From Dictyostelium discoideum (taxonomy: Eukaryota): 64,000 nucleotides of DNA. Under the pieces are notes generated by a model. It had not been told where the DNA came from. It was given only the letters and a program-made list of their open reading frames with translations, and ran no database searches. The stretch is from positions 3,232,001-3,296,000 of the forward strand of contig CM000155.2 of NCBI GenBank assembly GCA_000004695.1. The letters run 5' to 3'. The position numbers and the translations under genes are program-made. Shown here piece by piece: positions 20,547 to 33,689 of this stretch (position 1 is the first letter of the stretch; every line of letters starts with the position of its first letter).

Positions 20547-21013
20547 TCAACAATTAAAACATATTCAACAAGAATCATCAATTATAAATTTATTAGAAAA
20601 TAGTAATCTTTATAATTCAGATAATGTTTATTTAGAGTTTGGGGCAGGATCAGGTAAATTAAGTAACCATATATTTATGTCACATGAAAAGAAATCAGGT
20701 CATATTTTAATTGATAGAATGAAATTTAGATCATTAAAAAAAGTAGATAGATTAATAAAGAATGAAAAAGGTTGTCATCATTTCTCTAGACTTTTAATTG
20801 ATATTAGACATTTAAATCTATCAAATCTATCAATACTTGAAGAGAAACCATTCGTTATCACATCAAAACATCTTTGTGGTTGTGCAACTGATTTCACATT
20901 AGATTCAATTTTTAATCTTTTAAATAATTCAAATGAAAAAGTTAATAATAATTTTAAAGGAATTGGTATTGCAACTTGTTGTCATCATATTTGTAATTTT
21001 AATACTTATTCAA
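20547..21013 (+). CDS. TRM13-like, exon 3 of 4 (methyltransferase domain, SAM motif LEFGAGSGKLS). Donor a|GTAAGT, phase 1.
   Basis: Acceptor aaaaatAG. Frame continuity ...KIFNS-D-QQLKHIQQ. Confidence 0.75.
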
Positions 21014-21028
21014 GTAAGTTTTTTTTAA

Positions 21029-21077
<49 letters not shown>

Positions 21078-21108
21078 TTTTAATATTTTTATATTTTTCT
21101 ATTTATAG

Positions 21109-21485
21109 ATCAATCATATTTAAAAGATCAATTAAATATTACACCATTAGAATTTCAATTAATTTGTTCGATTAGTAGTTGGGCAACAATTGATGAAAAT
21201 AAATGTAATAATGATGATGATGATAATGAAGTTGAAGAAGATGATGAATTAATTAAAAAAGATAAAAAAGAAAAAAAAGAATTTGAAAATCAATTAAAGA
21301 TTGAATTTAATAAACAAGATGTATTTAGTATAAAAAGAAAAGAGGAATTAGGATATAAAGCAAAGAGATTAATTGATTATGGTAGATATTTATTTATTAA
21401 AGAAAAATTAAATTTACCAAATACAAAATTTTGGATTTATACAAATCAATCAAAAGAAAATTTATTTTTAGTTTCAAATAAATAA
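21109..21485 (+). CDS. TRM13-like, exon 4 of 4 (TAA stop at 21483-21485).
   Basis: Acceptor atttatAG. Frame joins ...NTYS-N-QSYLKDQL... Confidence 0.7.
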
Positions 21486-21626
21486 ATTAAAAAATTAATT
21501 TAAAATTAATTAAATAATTTATTTAATTGTTAAATTGTTTAATAATATAGATGAATTATTTATATTTTTTTTTTTTTTTTTTTTAAAAAATTTTTTAAAA
21601 AGTTTTTTTTATTTTATTTTTTTTTG

Positions 21627-23171
21627 TTAAAGAATTGTTGGTAAAGAATCGTAACCATTTGTAGCAGGTAAAGTTTCTCTTTTCGAATAATAGGGTTCAA
21701 GTACTACATCTTTAGGGAAATTTCTGAGACGTGGTTCACCTGTTGATACATCGATAGTGAGTTGAAGTATTTTTGTAAATTGAGGACATTCTGAAAGAAA
21801 ATCTGGAAGGGTTTTCTTTGCACCAGCAGTATCATCAGCCTTTACTAAATAATGACGAATACGTTTTTCAGGATCGGGATCATCTACTTTATAGCCAACT
21901 GCGAAATGGCCAGCATGACGTTCACTGAAACGAATTAAAAAGGTGCCTTGCTCTTCATTACGAAGGGCTTCTTCGACACTTTGACGAGAAATGAAACCAT
22001 AGATGAGACCCGATTGCCACATGGAGCAAACGTGACGTTGATAACGTAGTTTTTGTAAACCTTTACCAAACCAAATCCAAAATGAATCAAAACTAGATTG
22101 AGGGATCATTGGTTTACTTCCGAAAAATTGATGATGAATGTACATGAGTTCGTGACGTGATAGGTAACGAGTTGGTTTCATAAAGTCTTGACGAGTTGCA
22201 CGCAAGAAATGTCTTTGAAGTTTATTGGCATAGGAAGCCCAAGGTATTTCATTGTTATTTCCAAAGGAATCTTTCTTTAGGAGAGTACCATCTGATTCTT
22301 CATATTGACATTCATTGGTGATAACGATGAATGGTGAGGTTGGTGGTGATTCAATGTTTACAGCGGTACCACCAACCACTTGAACTTGCATTCCAAATTT
22401 GAGGGTTACTGGATTCTTTCTGGTACCATTTAAAAATTTGAGATGATATTTTGCCAAACGATTGGTTTCATCCATTGATACCACCTCTGTTTCAATGGTT
22501 TTTGGAGATGAAGAAGTCTTTGAGCCTTGTTGATTCTCAACGATCATTGTTGCTCTAACTTTACCGATCATTTGTAACTCTGTACGAGTGCCACAAAGTA
22601 ATTGAACGACTACTGGATCATCTTCCAATGGTTTACACTTTGTAATTACCATTGGGAATGGTTGTTCAATCACTACCAAAGCAGCGATAGTTGGTGGTGG
22701 ATTTTGTGGACGAACTAAAAGTTGTAACTCTTCATGATACAATTCCAATTGAATACTTTGAATGGTGAGTTCATGTAAAAGGAAGATAACATTTCTAATC
22801 TCTGGTGGTGATAAAACAAAGGTTTGGTCAATTTGTTGAAGTGAGGTGATCTCTGCATCAATTTGTTTTTTCAATGTATTTTGTTCATTATCCAACATTT
22901 GGAATGTCTCTTTTTGTGGGTGTGCCAACACTTGTTTTTGTACAATTTTCATCTTATCCAATTGTTCCTTTTGAGCCAAATGTAACTTTAAACATTCATT
23001 AATGATTTGTTGATGTGGTTGTAATACATTTCCATATGGTGTATTTATTAAAAGATGATCTGGTAATGGCAAATTATTATTATTACAATGTTGAATTGAT
23101 GATAATATATTTGGTTCAATTATATCATCTGGTGATCCAATTCCATTTGAGCTATTACTACTATTACTACC

Positions 23172-23203
<32 letters not shown>

Positions 23204-23457
23204 TATTATTGATATGGGTTGGAATTGGATGTAAATGTTGTGGTTCAACTGGTAATTGATGTAAAATTGGTAATTCAATTTGTTGCATTTGTGGTTGTGT
23301 TGGTTGATTTAATTGATTTTGATGATTTAATTGATTTTGATTATTTAATTGATTTTGATTATTTAATTGATTTTGATTATTTAATTGATTTTGGTGATTT
23401 AATTGATTTTGATGATTTTGATGAATTTGTTGGTGTTGTTGGTGTTGTTGTTGTTGG

Positions 23458-23522
<65 letters not shown>

Positions 23523-23870
23523 TTGTTGATGATGTTGTTGTTGTTGTTGTTGTTGTTGTTGCTGTTGTTGTTGTTGTTGTTGTTGTTGTTGCTGTTGTTG
23601 CTGTTGTTGTTGTTGTTGTTGTTGTTGTTGGAATTGGAATTGTTGTTGTTGTAAATGTTGTTGTTCTAATTGTTGTTGTTGAATTTGTGCTTGTTGTGCT
23701 TGAATTTGTGCTTGTTGTTGTTGAATTTGTTGGGCCTGTTGTTGTTGAATTTGTGCTTGATCTATTTGTGGGTTGTTAACTTGTTGAATTGGTTGCAATT
23801 GTTGTTGTAATAATTGCTGTTGTTGAATTTGTGCACCATCAATAGTTTGGAAATATGGATCAATGTTAAC
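21627..23870 (-). CDS. STAT transcription factor, main exon (747 codons). Contains the poly-Gln/His tract, coiled-coil, DNA-binding, SH2 ([15 protein letters not shown]) and C-terminal tail. Assembled protein is about 931 aa. Possibly the STATc-type member.
   Basis: SH2 FLVRES-like GTFLIRFSE and STAT-type linker/DBD similarity. Acceptor aaaaAG|GTTAAC at 23872-23871. The track ORF N-terminus [10 protein letters not shown]... is intron read-through. Confidence 0.85.
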
Positions 23871-24180
23871 CTTTTTTTTTTTTATTTTTTTTGTTTTATT
23901 TTGAAATTTAAAAAAAAAAAGACAAATTAATAATATGAAACAAGAATTTAATTTAAAATAGAAAAATAAAAAAAAATATCCAAGTAAAAATAAAAAAATG
24001 TTTATTAGAAAAAAAAAAAAAACTAATAAAAAAAAAAAATTAATAAAAAAAAAAAAAAAAAAAAAAGAAAAGATATTTTTTTTTTTTTTTTTCAAAAATC
24101 CATTATCATAATCAAAACCCTTTGAAAAAAAAAAATAAAAAAATAAAAAAAAATAAAATAAAATAATGGATGACACTTAC

Positions 24181-24305
24181 AGAATTTTGTCCAATATTTT
24201 GTTGGTGTTGGGTTTGTTGACCTGTTACGTCAGTATAAATTGGGTATGAGTAAGGAATGTTTGAATTTTGTTGAACCCCAATTGCTGGTGGAGTTGCTGT
24301 ATTAA

Positions 24306-24375
<70 letters not shown>

Positions 24376-24592
24376 GGTATTATTGTTTATGTTGTTATTG
24401 GTGGATATAGGTGAAGATGCGTTAGAAAGTGGTGATGTTGCTATACCTTCAGTTTTCACTGTCACTGTTGTGGTATTTGAATTATATATTGGTTGTTGTG
24501 ATTGTGGTTGTGGTAGTTGTGGTTGGGGTTGTGGTTGTGGTTGTGGTTGTTGATTCTGTTGGTTTTGTTGATTCTGTTGTCCTGTTCCGTTA
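24181..24592 (-). CDS. STAT transcription factor, exon 2 (Gln/Pro/Asn-rich: NGTGQQNQQ...PQPQPQ...poly-N...QNIGQNS). Donor tct|GTAAGT, phase 0.
   Basis: The open frame continues upstream of the GTG-initiated track ORF 24112-24465. Acceptor aaaaAG at 24594-24593. Confidence 0.6.
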
Positions 24593-25033
24593 CTTTTTAA
24601 TTATTAAATTATTAAAATATTAAATAAATTTGGAATTGGAATTTAAAGAAAAAAAAAAAAAAAAATTAAATAACAAATAAAAAAAATTTATTATTAAAAA
24701 AAAAAAAAAATAAAAAAAAAATAAAAATAAAAAAAAAATAAAAAAATAAAAATAATAATTATTTGAAATTGAAAATCATTTTAAACAAAAATAAATTTTA
24801 AAATTAAAATTAAATTAATTAAAAAAAATATATATGTTTATAAAAATTATTTGAAAATTATAATTTTAGTAATAAAAGTCAAATTTTATAATAATAGGGT
24901 TAATTATAATAAAAAAAAAAAATAAAAAAAAAAAAAATAAAAAAAAAAAAAAAATAAAAATTTGAAAAAACACCATATTAGTATAAGATTTTTTGATTGT
25001 TTTTTTTTGGTAGATATTTTGGGTGATAATTAC

Positions 25034-25173
25034 TCTAAAAATGTCATTAATGACATTAAATCATCATTTGTGGTGTTGAATCCATCACTTGAAAATTCTG
25101 GTTCTTCTTGTTTTACTTCAAAAGTGTTGCTAATTGCATCTAAAGGTCTCTTTTTTGGATTGTTATTGCTCAT
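25034..25173 (-). CDS. STAT transcription factor, putative exon 1 ([46 protein letters not shown]). Donor ga|GTAATT, phase 2.
   Basis: ATG-initiated ORF upstream of exon 2. The donor/acceptor pair restores the frame (GA+T). Confidence 0.5.
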
Positions 25174-25477
25174 TTTGATTGGTGATGATAATTATTATTA
25201 TATAGTATTGATATTACTATAATTTTAAAAGTAGTAATTATGTTTATTTCTTAATATTAGTATTGATAAATAATGTTTGTTGTGAAATATGGTTTTTTTT
25301 TTGATTGAATATCGTAATAATTATTTTGAATTATTTTAAATTATTATTATTTTTTTTATTAAAAAAAAAAATTATTATTATTTTTTGAAAATGTACAAAG
25401 TGAATATCTCTAGATGTTTTTTTTTTTTTTTATTATAAATTTTGATTATCGTAATAGCTTATTATTATGGTGGGGGT

Positions 25478-25523
<46 letters not shown>

Positions 25524-26959
25524 ATTGTAAATATGTTTATTATTAGTGTGGTGGTGGTGTGTGAGTGCGTTTATTTTTTATTTTTTAATTTTTTTTAATT
25601 TTTTTTTTTTTTATTGGACTGTATAGAATTTAAAAGTATACAATATGCCCTGATAACTATTTTTAATTTTATTAATAAAAGTATAACATGCCCTGATAAT
25701 AATTATTATTTTTAAAAAAAAAAAAAAAAAAAAAAAGTTTTTTGAAAAAAAAAAAAAATTAAATTAAATTTTTTTTTATTTTTTTTTATTTATTTATTTT
25801 TTTTTATTTTTTTTTATTTTTTTTATTTTTTTTTTTGCTTTGTTAACGTGCAGAGGTTGTGAGAGTGTGATTTGAAAATTACTTTAACTGTAAATTTTTT
25901 TTTTGAGTTGCCAAAATAATAAAAAAAAAAAATAAAAAAAAAAAGATATCCAAAAAAAAAAAAGTTGTCCAAAAAAAAAATAAAAAAGTTGTCAAAAAAA
26001 AAAAATAAAAAAAAATAATTAAAATAATTTTCTAAACTTACAGAAAAAAAAAAAAAATATATAAAAATATGGAACTAATGGTTCAAATTCTGGAAAAAAT
26101 GAGAAATGAATTAATAAATGTATTATAGTTTTTTTTTTTTTTTTTCCTTTTTTTTTTTTTTTTTTTTTTTTAAATTATTCTTTATTTTATCCACTTCAAA
26201 ATTTTTCATACAATATTATTACAAACTAAAAAAACTAATAGGTTTTGATGGTTTGTTTCTGATGGTGATGAAATTATTTTGATTCTCGAACCAAAAATAT
26301 AGGCTAGGATGTGGAAAAATAATTTAAAAATTTTTTAAAAAAAAAAATATATAAGAAAAAAAAAAAAATTTTTAAACATAAAAAAAAAATAAAAAAATAA
26401 TAAAAAAAGTAATAATAATAAAAAAAAAAAAAAATTAAATAAATAAAAAACAAATAAAAAAAAAATATTAAATAAATAAATAAATTTTTTTTATTTCCAA
26501 TTTATTTTTTTATTTTTTTTATTTTTTTTATTTTTTATTTTTTTTTTCACCATTCAAAAAAAGATGGGGGTAAATAGAGAGACTTACAAAAATATGAAAA
26601 GAATGATGATAATTTTATGATGTTTTATAAATTAATAAGAAAATAAATAATTAAATAAATAAATAAATATATTTTAAAAAATAAAATAAAATATAAAAAA
26701 ATAAAATAAAATAAAACAAAAAAAGATATCTACAATGATATATGGTGTGAAATTAAATAATTATAATATAGACAAAGTATACAATAACGCTTTAAAATTT
26801 ATTTACAAATAAATAATATATAATATATAATTAAAATTAGAAAATTTAAAAAAAAATTTTGAGAAAAATAAAAAAAAAATAAAAAAATGGTGCTTTTGAA
26901 AGAGAGGGGGGTTTTTAAATGTGTATATATATGATAAAAATCATCTGAAGTGTTTTGAT

Positions 26960-27059
26960 NNNNNNNNNNNNNNNNNNNNNNNNNNNNNNNNNNNNNNNNN
27001 NNNNNNNNNNNNNNNNNNNNNNNNNNNNNNNNNNNNNNNNNNNNNNNNNNNNNNNNNNN
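26960..27059. other. Assembly gap of 100 N, flanked by a T-homopolymer.
   Basis: A run of n characters. Confidence 1.
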
Positions 27060-27114
27060 TTTTTTTTTTTTTTTTTTTTTTTGTGACTACTTCGCACAAA
27101 CACAACCACAAAAA

Positions 27115-29208
27115 ATGAATGACCAAGATTTATTGTTTTTTAAAGTATTTAGAAATAAATTTATTAATAGGATTTTATTTGAAAAAATCAAACAACCAAA
27201 CAGACAATTATATTATACAACATATAGTTTTTATGATTTCCCTTTAGAATTAGTTATAAAAACACAAAATCAACAAGTTTTTAAAGAGAAATTAAATCTT
27301 TTTAATTTATATAAAAATAAACAAAAATTCATTAATAATAATAAAATTGAAATTAAAAGAGCATACCAATATTCTTTAGATTTTAATATTGAAATATTTG
27401 AATTAATATTAGTATGGAAAGAATTGGAAATTGATTTATTTATTGAATTTTTTAAATTATTTAAAAAAGAAATTGAAAAGGAATTAAAACAATCTTCAAA
27501 AGAAATTATTAAAAATTTACTTGAAAAATCATCAAAAAAAGAATATAATAATATAAATTTAAATATTTTAAATTATTTATTTAAAGAATTTTCAGAAATT
27601 AAAATTTTTTTTATTTTTCAAATTAAAAATCATGCAAAGAGATATACAGTACATCAATCATTTTCAAAATTATTAAATGATTTAAATAAAGAATTAATAA
27701 TTAAATTTGGTGAATATTCAGGTTGTTATAACAACGAAAAAGATGATGATAACAGTGAAGATTTCTTTAAACTGGCAAATAATTATCTTTATGAAATCAT
27801 TTTTAAAGATGATGAAAATGGTCAAAACCAATTTTACTCAAAATTATTATCAATATTTCCAAAAACTGAAAAAACCAATTTACATCACACTATACCACTA
27901 TTTATTAACTTGTTTGAAAAATTAATTCAAAGAAATAATTTCAAATTATTGAAATTAATTTTTTCAAAATTAAATAATATTAATGTATCAGAGAATGTTG
28001 ATGAAATGATCTCAATTTTTAATTTCAAAATTTCAAGTTGTTTTTTTGTTTTAAACACTGAAATCTTTAATACACCAACAACTCAAGATTCTGAAATGAT
28101 GCAATTATTTAGTGCAACACTACAAAAAAAAATATTTAATTCAGTTTTAAGTTTTGGTTTTAAAAAATTTTATATTAATGGTCCAGATTATTATGATTTC
28201 ACCACAACACAATTTTATAAAAATTTTTCAAATTTTCCATCAATATATAGTGGTGATTTAATTTTATCTTCACGTAGTTTTAAATTTAAACAAACATGTT
28301 TAAGATCTTCAACATCAAATAATAATAATAATGAAAAGATTTTAAATAATTGTATGGATATTGAATATTATAAAAGTAATTTTTTTAATGAAAATTTAAA
28401 TTGGTTTGATGTTTATATTGGAAAATTTGGTTTTGATATAAAAAGATTAAAAGAAATCATTGAATTAGGTTATTATGATATGATAAATCATATATTTAAA
28501 AAAGGGTATTATAAAATAATAGATTTTAAAAATAGTAATAAATTATTACATGATTTATTTATTACAATATTATTATCAAGTGATAATTTAAATAATAGTA
28601 GTTTACAATTATTAATTAATTTTATATCACCAATGGTAAATGATATTATAAAATCAAAACAAAGGGAATTCTTTTTCAATGAATCAATACCAATTGATAG
28701 ATTAAAAAGAATTGAATATTTTAAAATTATTCAAAAAATTGAAGGATATCATGAAATGAAATTAAATAATGATATGGAAATATTAAAAAACCCAAATTTA
28801 TATGTTAATAATTCATTTCAAATTAATTATTTAAAGAAAAGATTAAATCAATTTGAACAATCTCAATTTAAAAATTTATTATATTTTAGTTTAAAAAGTA
28901 AGAATTTTAAATTTATTTCAAAGTGTATTTCATTTTTGGTGAAAAACGGTCAAGATAGGTTAATTAATATAATAGATATTTTAAAATTACTTTTATTTTC
29001 AAGTATTGGAAAATTTGAAGGAAATTTAAAGTTTTTCTTTTACATAATTAAAGTTTTCAATTACCAATTACCATTTAAATCAACTAATGATATTGAGAAT
29101 TATGAAAACTTTATTTTACAAGATTTGGATTATGATTATCAATTATTTGATTTAACATTTGGTATAAATGAATTTAATAATTTCAATTTATTTATTACAT
29201 TCCTCTAA
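27115..29208 (+). CDS. Lineage-specific hypothetical protein, tandem paralog 1 (697 aa).
   Basis: Long ORF, ~60% identical to 29758-31887. No recognisable domain. Confidence 0.7.
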   Translation: MNDQDLLFFKVFRNKFINRILFEKIKQPNRQLYYTTYSFYDFPLELVIKTQNQQVFKEKLNLFNLYKNKQKFINNNKIEIKRAYQYSLDFNIEIFELILVWKELEIDLFIEFFKLFKKEIEKELKQSSKEIIKNLLEKSSKKEYNNINLNILNYLFKEFSEIKIFFIFQIKNHAKRYTVHQSFSKLLNDLNKELIIKFGEYSGCYNNEKDDDNSEDFFKLANNYLYEIIFKDDENGQNQFYSKLLSIFPKTEKTNLHHTIPLFINLFEKLIQRNNFKLLKLIFSKLNNINVSENVDEMISIFNFKISSCFFVLNTEIFNTPTTQDSEMMQLFSATLQKKIFNSVLSFGFKKFYINGPDYYDFTTTQFYKNFSNFPSIYSGDLILSSRSFKFKQTCLRSSTSNNNNNEKILNNCMDIEYYKSNFFNENLNWFDVYIGKFGFDIKRLKEIIELGYYDMINHIFKKGYYKIIDFKNSNKLLHDLFITILLSSDNLNNSSLQLLINFISPMVNDIIKSKQREFFFNESIPIDRLKRIEYFKIIQKIEGYHEMKLNNDMEILKNPNLYVNNSFQINYLKKRLNQFEQSQFKNLLYFSLKSKNFKFISKCISFLVKNGQDRLINIIDILKLLLFSSIGKFEGNLKFFFYIIKVFNYQLPFKSTNDIENYENFILQDLDYDYQLFDLTFGINEFNNFNLFITFL

Positions 29209-29522
29209 ATGTTATTAAAGAAACTATTAATAATAAAAAAAAAAAGAAAAATAATAATAATAATAATAATAATCAAGGTATTCAATTTATAATTTCTTCA
29301 ATTGAATTTTATTTTACAATAATTTTTAAAATGAATATTAAACAAATTAATCGTTTATATTATAATGGATTCAAAAGTAAAATAAATGTACACCAACACT
29401 TGCTTCCAACTTATTTTATAAACTATTGTCAATTAGGCACAAAAAATTCAGAATATTTAAAATTTTTTAATCTTTTAGATTTGGTAGATTCCATTAATGA
29501 TAAAAAAAAAGAAACAAATTAA
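29193..29522 (+). other. Out-of-frame continuation of paralog 1. A conserved C-terminal extension (IPLNVI...ISSIEFYF...INRLYYNGFKSK...) reads in the +2 frame relative to the main ORF, the result of a 1-bp indel.
   Basis: Homologous to 31891-32389, downstream of paralog 2. Confidence 0.5.
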
Positions 29523-29560
29523 AAAAAAAAAAAAAACAATTAGATATTTTATTTGGTTAT

Positions 29561-29596
<36 letters not shown>

Positions 29597-29757
29597 CAAG
29601 CCTGGGGGTTTTACGTTTAAGAGGTTGCTCTTTTTTTCTTTTTTTTATTTTTTTACAAATCTAAGACTTAGACAAAAAAAAAGAAAACATAAGAAAAAAA
29701 TTTCGAAAAAAAAAAACAATTGTTTTTAACACACCCACAAAACCACAAAAACAAAAA

Positions 29758-30033
29758 ATGGAAATTGTTTTTAACACACAAAAAATGGATGACCAAGGTT
29801 TATTGTTTTTCAAAGTGTTTAGAAATAAATATATTAATAAGATTTTATTTGAAAAAATCAAACAATCAAATAGACAATTATATTATACAACATATAGTTT
29901 TTATGATTTCCCTTTAGAATTAGTTATAAAAATACAAAATCAACAGGTTTTTAAAGAGAAATTAAATCTTTTTAAATTATTTAAAAATAATATCGAAAGT
30001 TCCAAATTTAATAATAATAATAATGGTTTTATT

Positions 30034-30118
<85 letters not shown>

Positions 30119-31048
30119 TTGAAATTAAAAGAGCATATAGATGTTATATAGATTTTAAAATTGAATTATTTGAATTAATATTAGTATGGAAAGAATTGGA
30201 AATTAATTTATTTATTGAATTTTTTAATTTATTTAAAAAAGAAATTGAAAAGGGATTAAAACAATTTTCAAAAGAGATTTTTAAAAATTTACTTGAAAAA
30301 TCATCAAAAAATGAATATAATGATTTAAATTTAAAAATCATTGATTATTTATTTAAAGAAATGCCACAATTAACATCTAAATTTATTATGGAAATTCATT
30401 ATAAAACAATCGATTCACCAATTGAATCATTTTCAAAATTATTAAATAATTTAAAAAAAGAATCAATAATTGAATATAAAGAATATTTAGGTGGCGATAT
30501 TAAATATTCAAATGGTGATGATTTCTTTAAACTTGCAAATAGTCATCTTTATGAAATCATTTTTAAAGATGATGAAAAGAGTCAAAATCAATTTTACTCA
30601 AAAGTATTATCAAAATTTCCTAAAATTAAAAAATCAATTCCAAATCAAAAATCACCATTTATTAACTTGTTTGAAAAATTAATTCAAAGAAATAATCTCA
30701 AATTGTTGAAATCAATTTTTAAAAAATTAAATAACTTTAATGTGTCAGAGAATGTGGATGAAGTTATGATACCAATTTTTAAATTTAAAATTTCAAGTTA
30801 TTTTCTTATTCCCATAAACACTGAATTATTTAATATTCCAACTACTCAAGATTCTGAAATTATGCAATTATTTAGTGCAATCATACAATCTAAATTACTT
30901 CCAAATAAATCATACCCATTTAAAACAAGTATCACATTAATTATCAATGGTCCAGATTATTATGATTTCATATTATTAAATCATGGTCATAATTCTAGTT
31001 TTAAAATTAAATCAACATGCTTAAGATCTTCAACATCAAATAATAATA

Positions 31049-31109
<61 letters not shown>

Positions 31110-31318
31110 TAACAACAATAATAATGAAAATATTTTAAATAATTATATGGATATTGAATATTATAAAAGTAGTATTTTTAATGAAAATTTAATTTGGTTT
31201 GATGTTTATTTTGAAAAGTTTGGTTTTGGTATAACAAGATTAAAAGATATTATTCAATTAGGTTATAACGAAATGATAAATCATATATTTAAAAAAGGAT
31301 ATTATAAATTTATAGATT

Positions 31319-31379
<61 letters not shown>

Positions 31380-31887
31380 TTTATTATTAGATTTGTTTAT
31401 GACATTATTATTATCAAGTTCACTACCGCTACCACTACCACCACCACTACAATTACTAATTAATTATATATTACCAATGGTAAATGATATTTTTAAATCA
31501 AAACAAAGAGAATTCTTTCTCAACGAATCAATACCAATTGATAGATTAAAAAGAACTGAATATTTTAAAATTATTCAAAGAATTCAAGGATATCATGAAA
31601 TGAAATTAAATAATGATATGGAAATATTAAAAAATTCAAATTTAAATTCTAATAATATTAATAAAAAATTTCAAATTCATAATTTAAAGAAAAGAATAAA
31701 TCAATTTGAAAATAATCATTTTCGTAATTTACTAATTTTCAGTTTAAAAAGTACAAATTTTAAATTAATTTCAAAATCTGTTAAATTAATGAAAAATAGT
31801 AGTGGTGGTGGTAGTGGTGGTGGCAGTGGTGGTAGAGGTAGAGGTAATTATGATAATTTAGTTAATTATATTATTAAATTTAAATAA
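29758..31887 (+). CDS. Lineage-specific hypothetical protein, tandem paralog 2 (709 aa). Carries Asn-tract insertions and a GGS repeat before a cluster of three stops.
   Basis: Long ORF. It ends in TAA TAG TGA immediately after the (GGS)n insertion. Confidence 0.7.
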
Positions 31888-31890
31888 TAG

Positions 31891-32389
31891 TGAAGAGTAT
31901 GAAACAAATTTTAAAAATTTCTTTTATTTAATTAAAGTTTTCAATTATCAATTACCATTTAAATCAACAAAAGATATTAACTTTTTAATTGATATTATTT
32001 TTCAAAAAAGTTTAATTGGAGAATTCCAAATTTTCGATTTATCATTTGGTGTAAATCAATTCAATAATTTCAATTTATTTAATTATATTCCTTTAAAAGT
32101 TATAGATACTTGTACTACCACCACAATTTCATCAATTGAATTTTATTTTAGAGTAATTAAAAAAATTAAAGAATCTGAAATTAATTATTTAAATACTCAT
32201 GGATTCAAAATGAAAATTAATTTATATCAAAATCAAGAATTGGTTGAAAAATATTTTCACATTCATTGTAAACCACAAAATTCACATATTTTAAATTGTT
32301 TACAATGTTTTGGTCTTTTTGATTTCATTGATTATTCAAATCTTACTAGGTGTGATATTCTTTGTGGATTATCTAGTATTAAAATGTAG
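31891..32389 (+). other. Conserved 166-codon C-terminal extension of paralog 2 (EEYETNFKNFFYLIKVFNYQLPFK...CDILCGLSSIKM), in a different frame from the upstream ORF. No plausible intron restores the frame.
   Basis: Homologous to the end of paralog 1 and its out-of-frame tail. Frame analysis of 31840-31910 is given in the findings. Confidence 0.5.
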
Positions 32390-32399
32390 AAAAATAAAT

Positions 32400-32432
<33 letters not shown>

Positions 32433-33603
32433 GGTATTTTATTTTTTTTTTTTTTATTTATTTATTTATTATTATTTTTTTGGTTTTATATTTTTTATAA
32501 AAATAGTCAAATAAATAAATTAAAAATAAAGGGGAAAAATTTAATTTAGATATTTTGTGAAGTTTTGGAAATAAAAAAAAAAAGTTTATACTTTTTTAAT
32601 TTTAAAAATTTCCAAACGTCCCAAAAAAAAAAAAAAAAAAAAAAAAAAGAAACAAAGCAAAACAAAAAAATACTCTTATACAGCAAGAGGTGTGGATAAT
32701 TCGCTCAAATTAGAAATAACCACTCAAAAAAAAAAATAAAAATATAAAAAAATAAAAAAAAATAATAATAATAATCTCCTCAAACCACAATTAAGTATGA
32801 TTTATTTATTTTTTTATTTTTTTTTTTTTATGGGGGTATCATATTTTGTTTCTATTATTAATTATTTTATAAATAATCATTTCTTTAAACTAATTATATT
32901 TATTTCACTATTTTTAATTTCTTAATTTATATTAATAAAAGTGAGAATATATATTTTTAGAAAGTAATACAAATAATTAAATGTATGGTTATAAATTTAT
33001 ATATGTATATATATTAATATATTTATATATATTATGATTTATTCGATCATTCTATTTAAAAAATTATTTTTTTTCAATATCTTATAATAATTTAACACAT
33101 CCTCAAAAATAAAAATAAAAAAAAATAAATTAAAAAATAAAAATAAAAATAGAAAAAAATAAAAAAAATAAAAATAATAATTATACACAGCACCAAAATT
33201 ATTCCCCCCCCATATAATATTATTATTTTTAAAAAAAAAAAAAAAAATAAAATATAATAAATAAAAAAAAAAAAAAAAGGGTTTTTTAAAAAATTAAAAA
33301 AAAAAAAATGAATTAAAATTATGTTTTTTACATTTATATTTATTTAAATGTATATATTTAATATATAGTATTTATTTACTATTATTTTAAATTATTTATT
33401 CTATCTTTTTTTTTTTTTTTTTTCATTTCATTTCATTTCAATAATCACACTTTTTTTTTTTTTTTAATTTTCCTTTTGTAATATTTCCCTTTTTTAAAAA
33501 ATAAATAATTAATAAATTATTCTTTGGGAACATTTCCTTTAATGATAAATTTATAAAATAAATATTTTAAAAAATAAATATAAAAAAACATATACATATA
33601 TAA

Positions 33604-33608
<5 letters not shown>

Positions 33609-33682
<74 letters not shown>

Positions 33683-33683
33683 T
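33609..33683. repeat. (AAT)25 microsatellite ending 6 nt before the ATG at 33690.
   Basis: Read directly. Confidence 0.9.
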
Positions 33684-33689
33684 TTACAA

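Noticed and set aside
23015-23779. Plus-strand ORFs made of V/L/D/Y repeats (23015-23212, 23219-23779, 23403-23654).
   Set aside because: They are antisense translations of the CAA/CAG/AAC repeat block of the STAT gene.
21627-24176. N-terminal 110 residues of the 849-aa track ORF ([16 protein letters not shown]...[11 protein letters not shown]).
   Set aside because: This is read-through of the intron and poly-T tract upstream of the real acceptor at 23871/23870. The real coding sequence resumes at VNIDPYFQ.
24112-24465. Track ORF annotated with M at 24465.
   Set aside because: The start is a GTG inside STAT exon 2. The frame is open further upstream to the acceptor at 24593, so it is not an independent gene.
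26915-27126. Three ORFs containing runs of X.
   Set aside because: They span the N gap.
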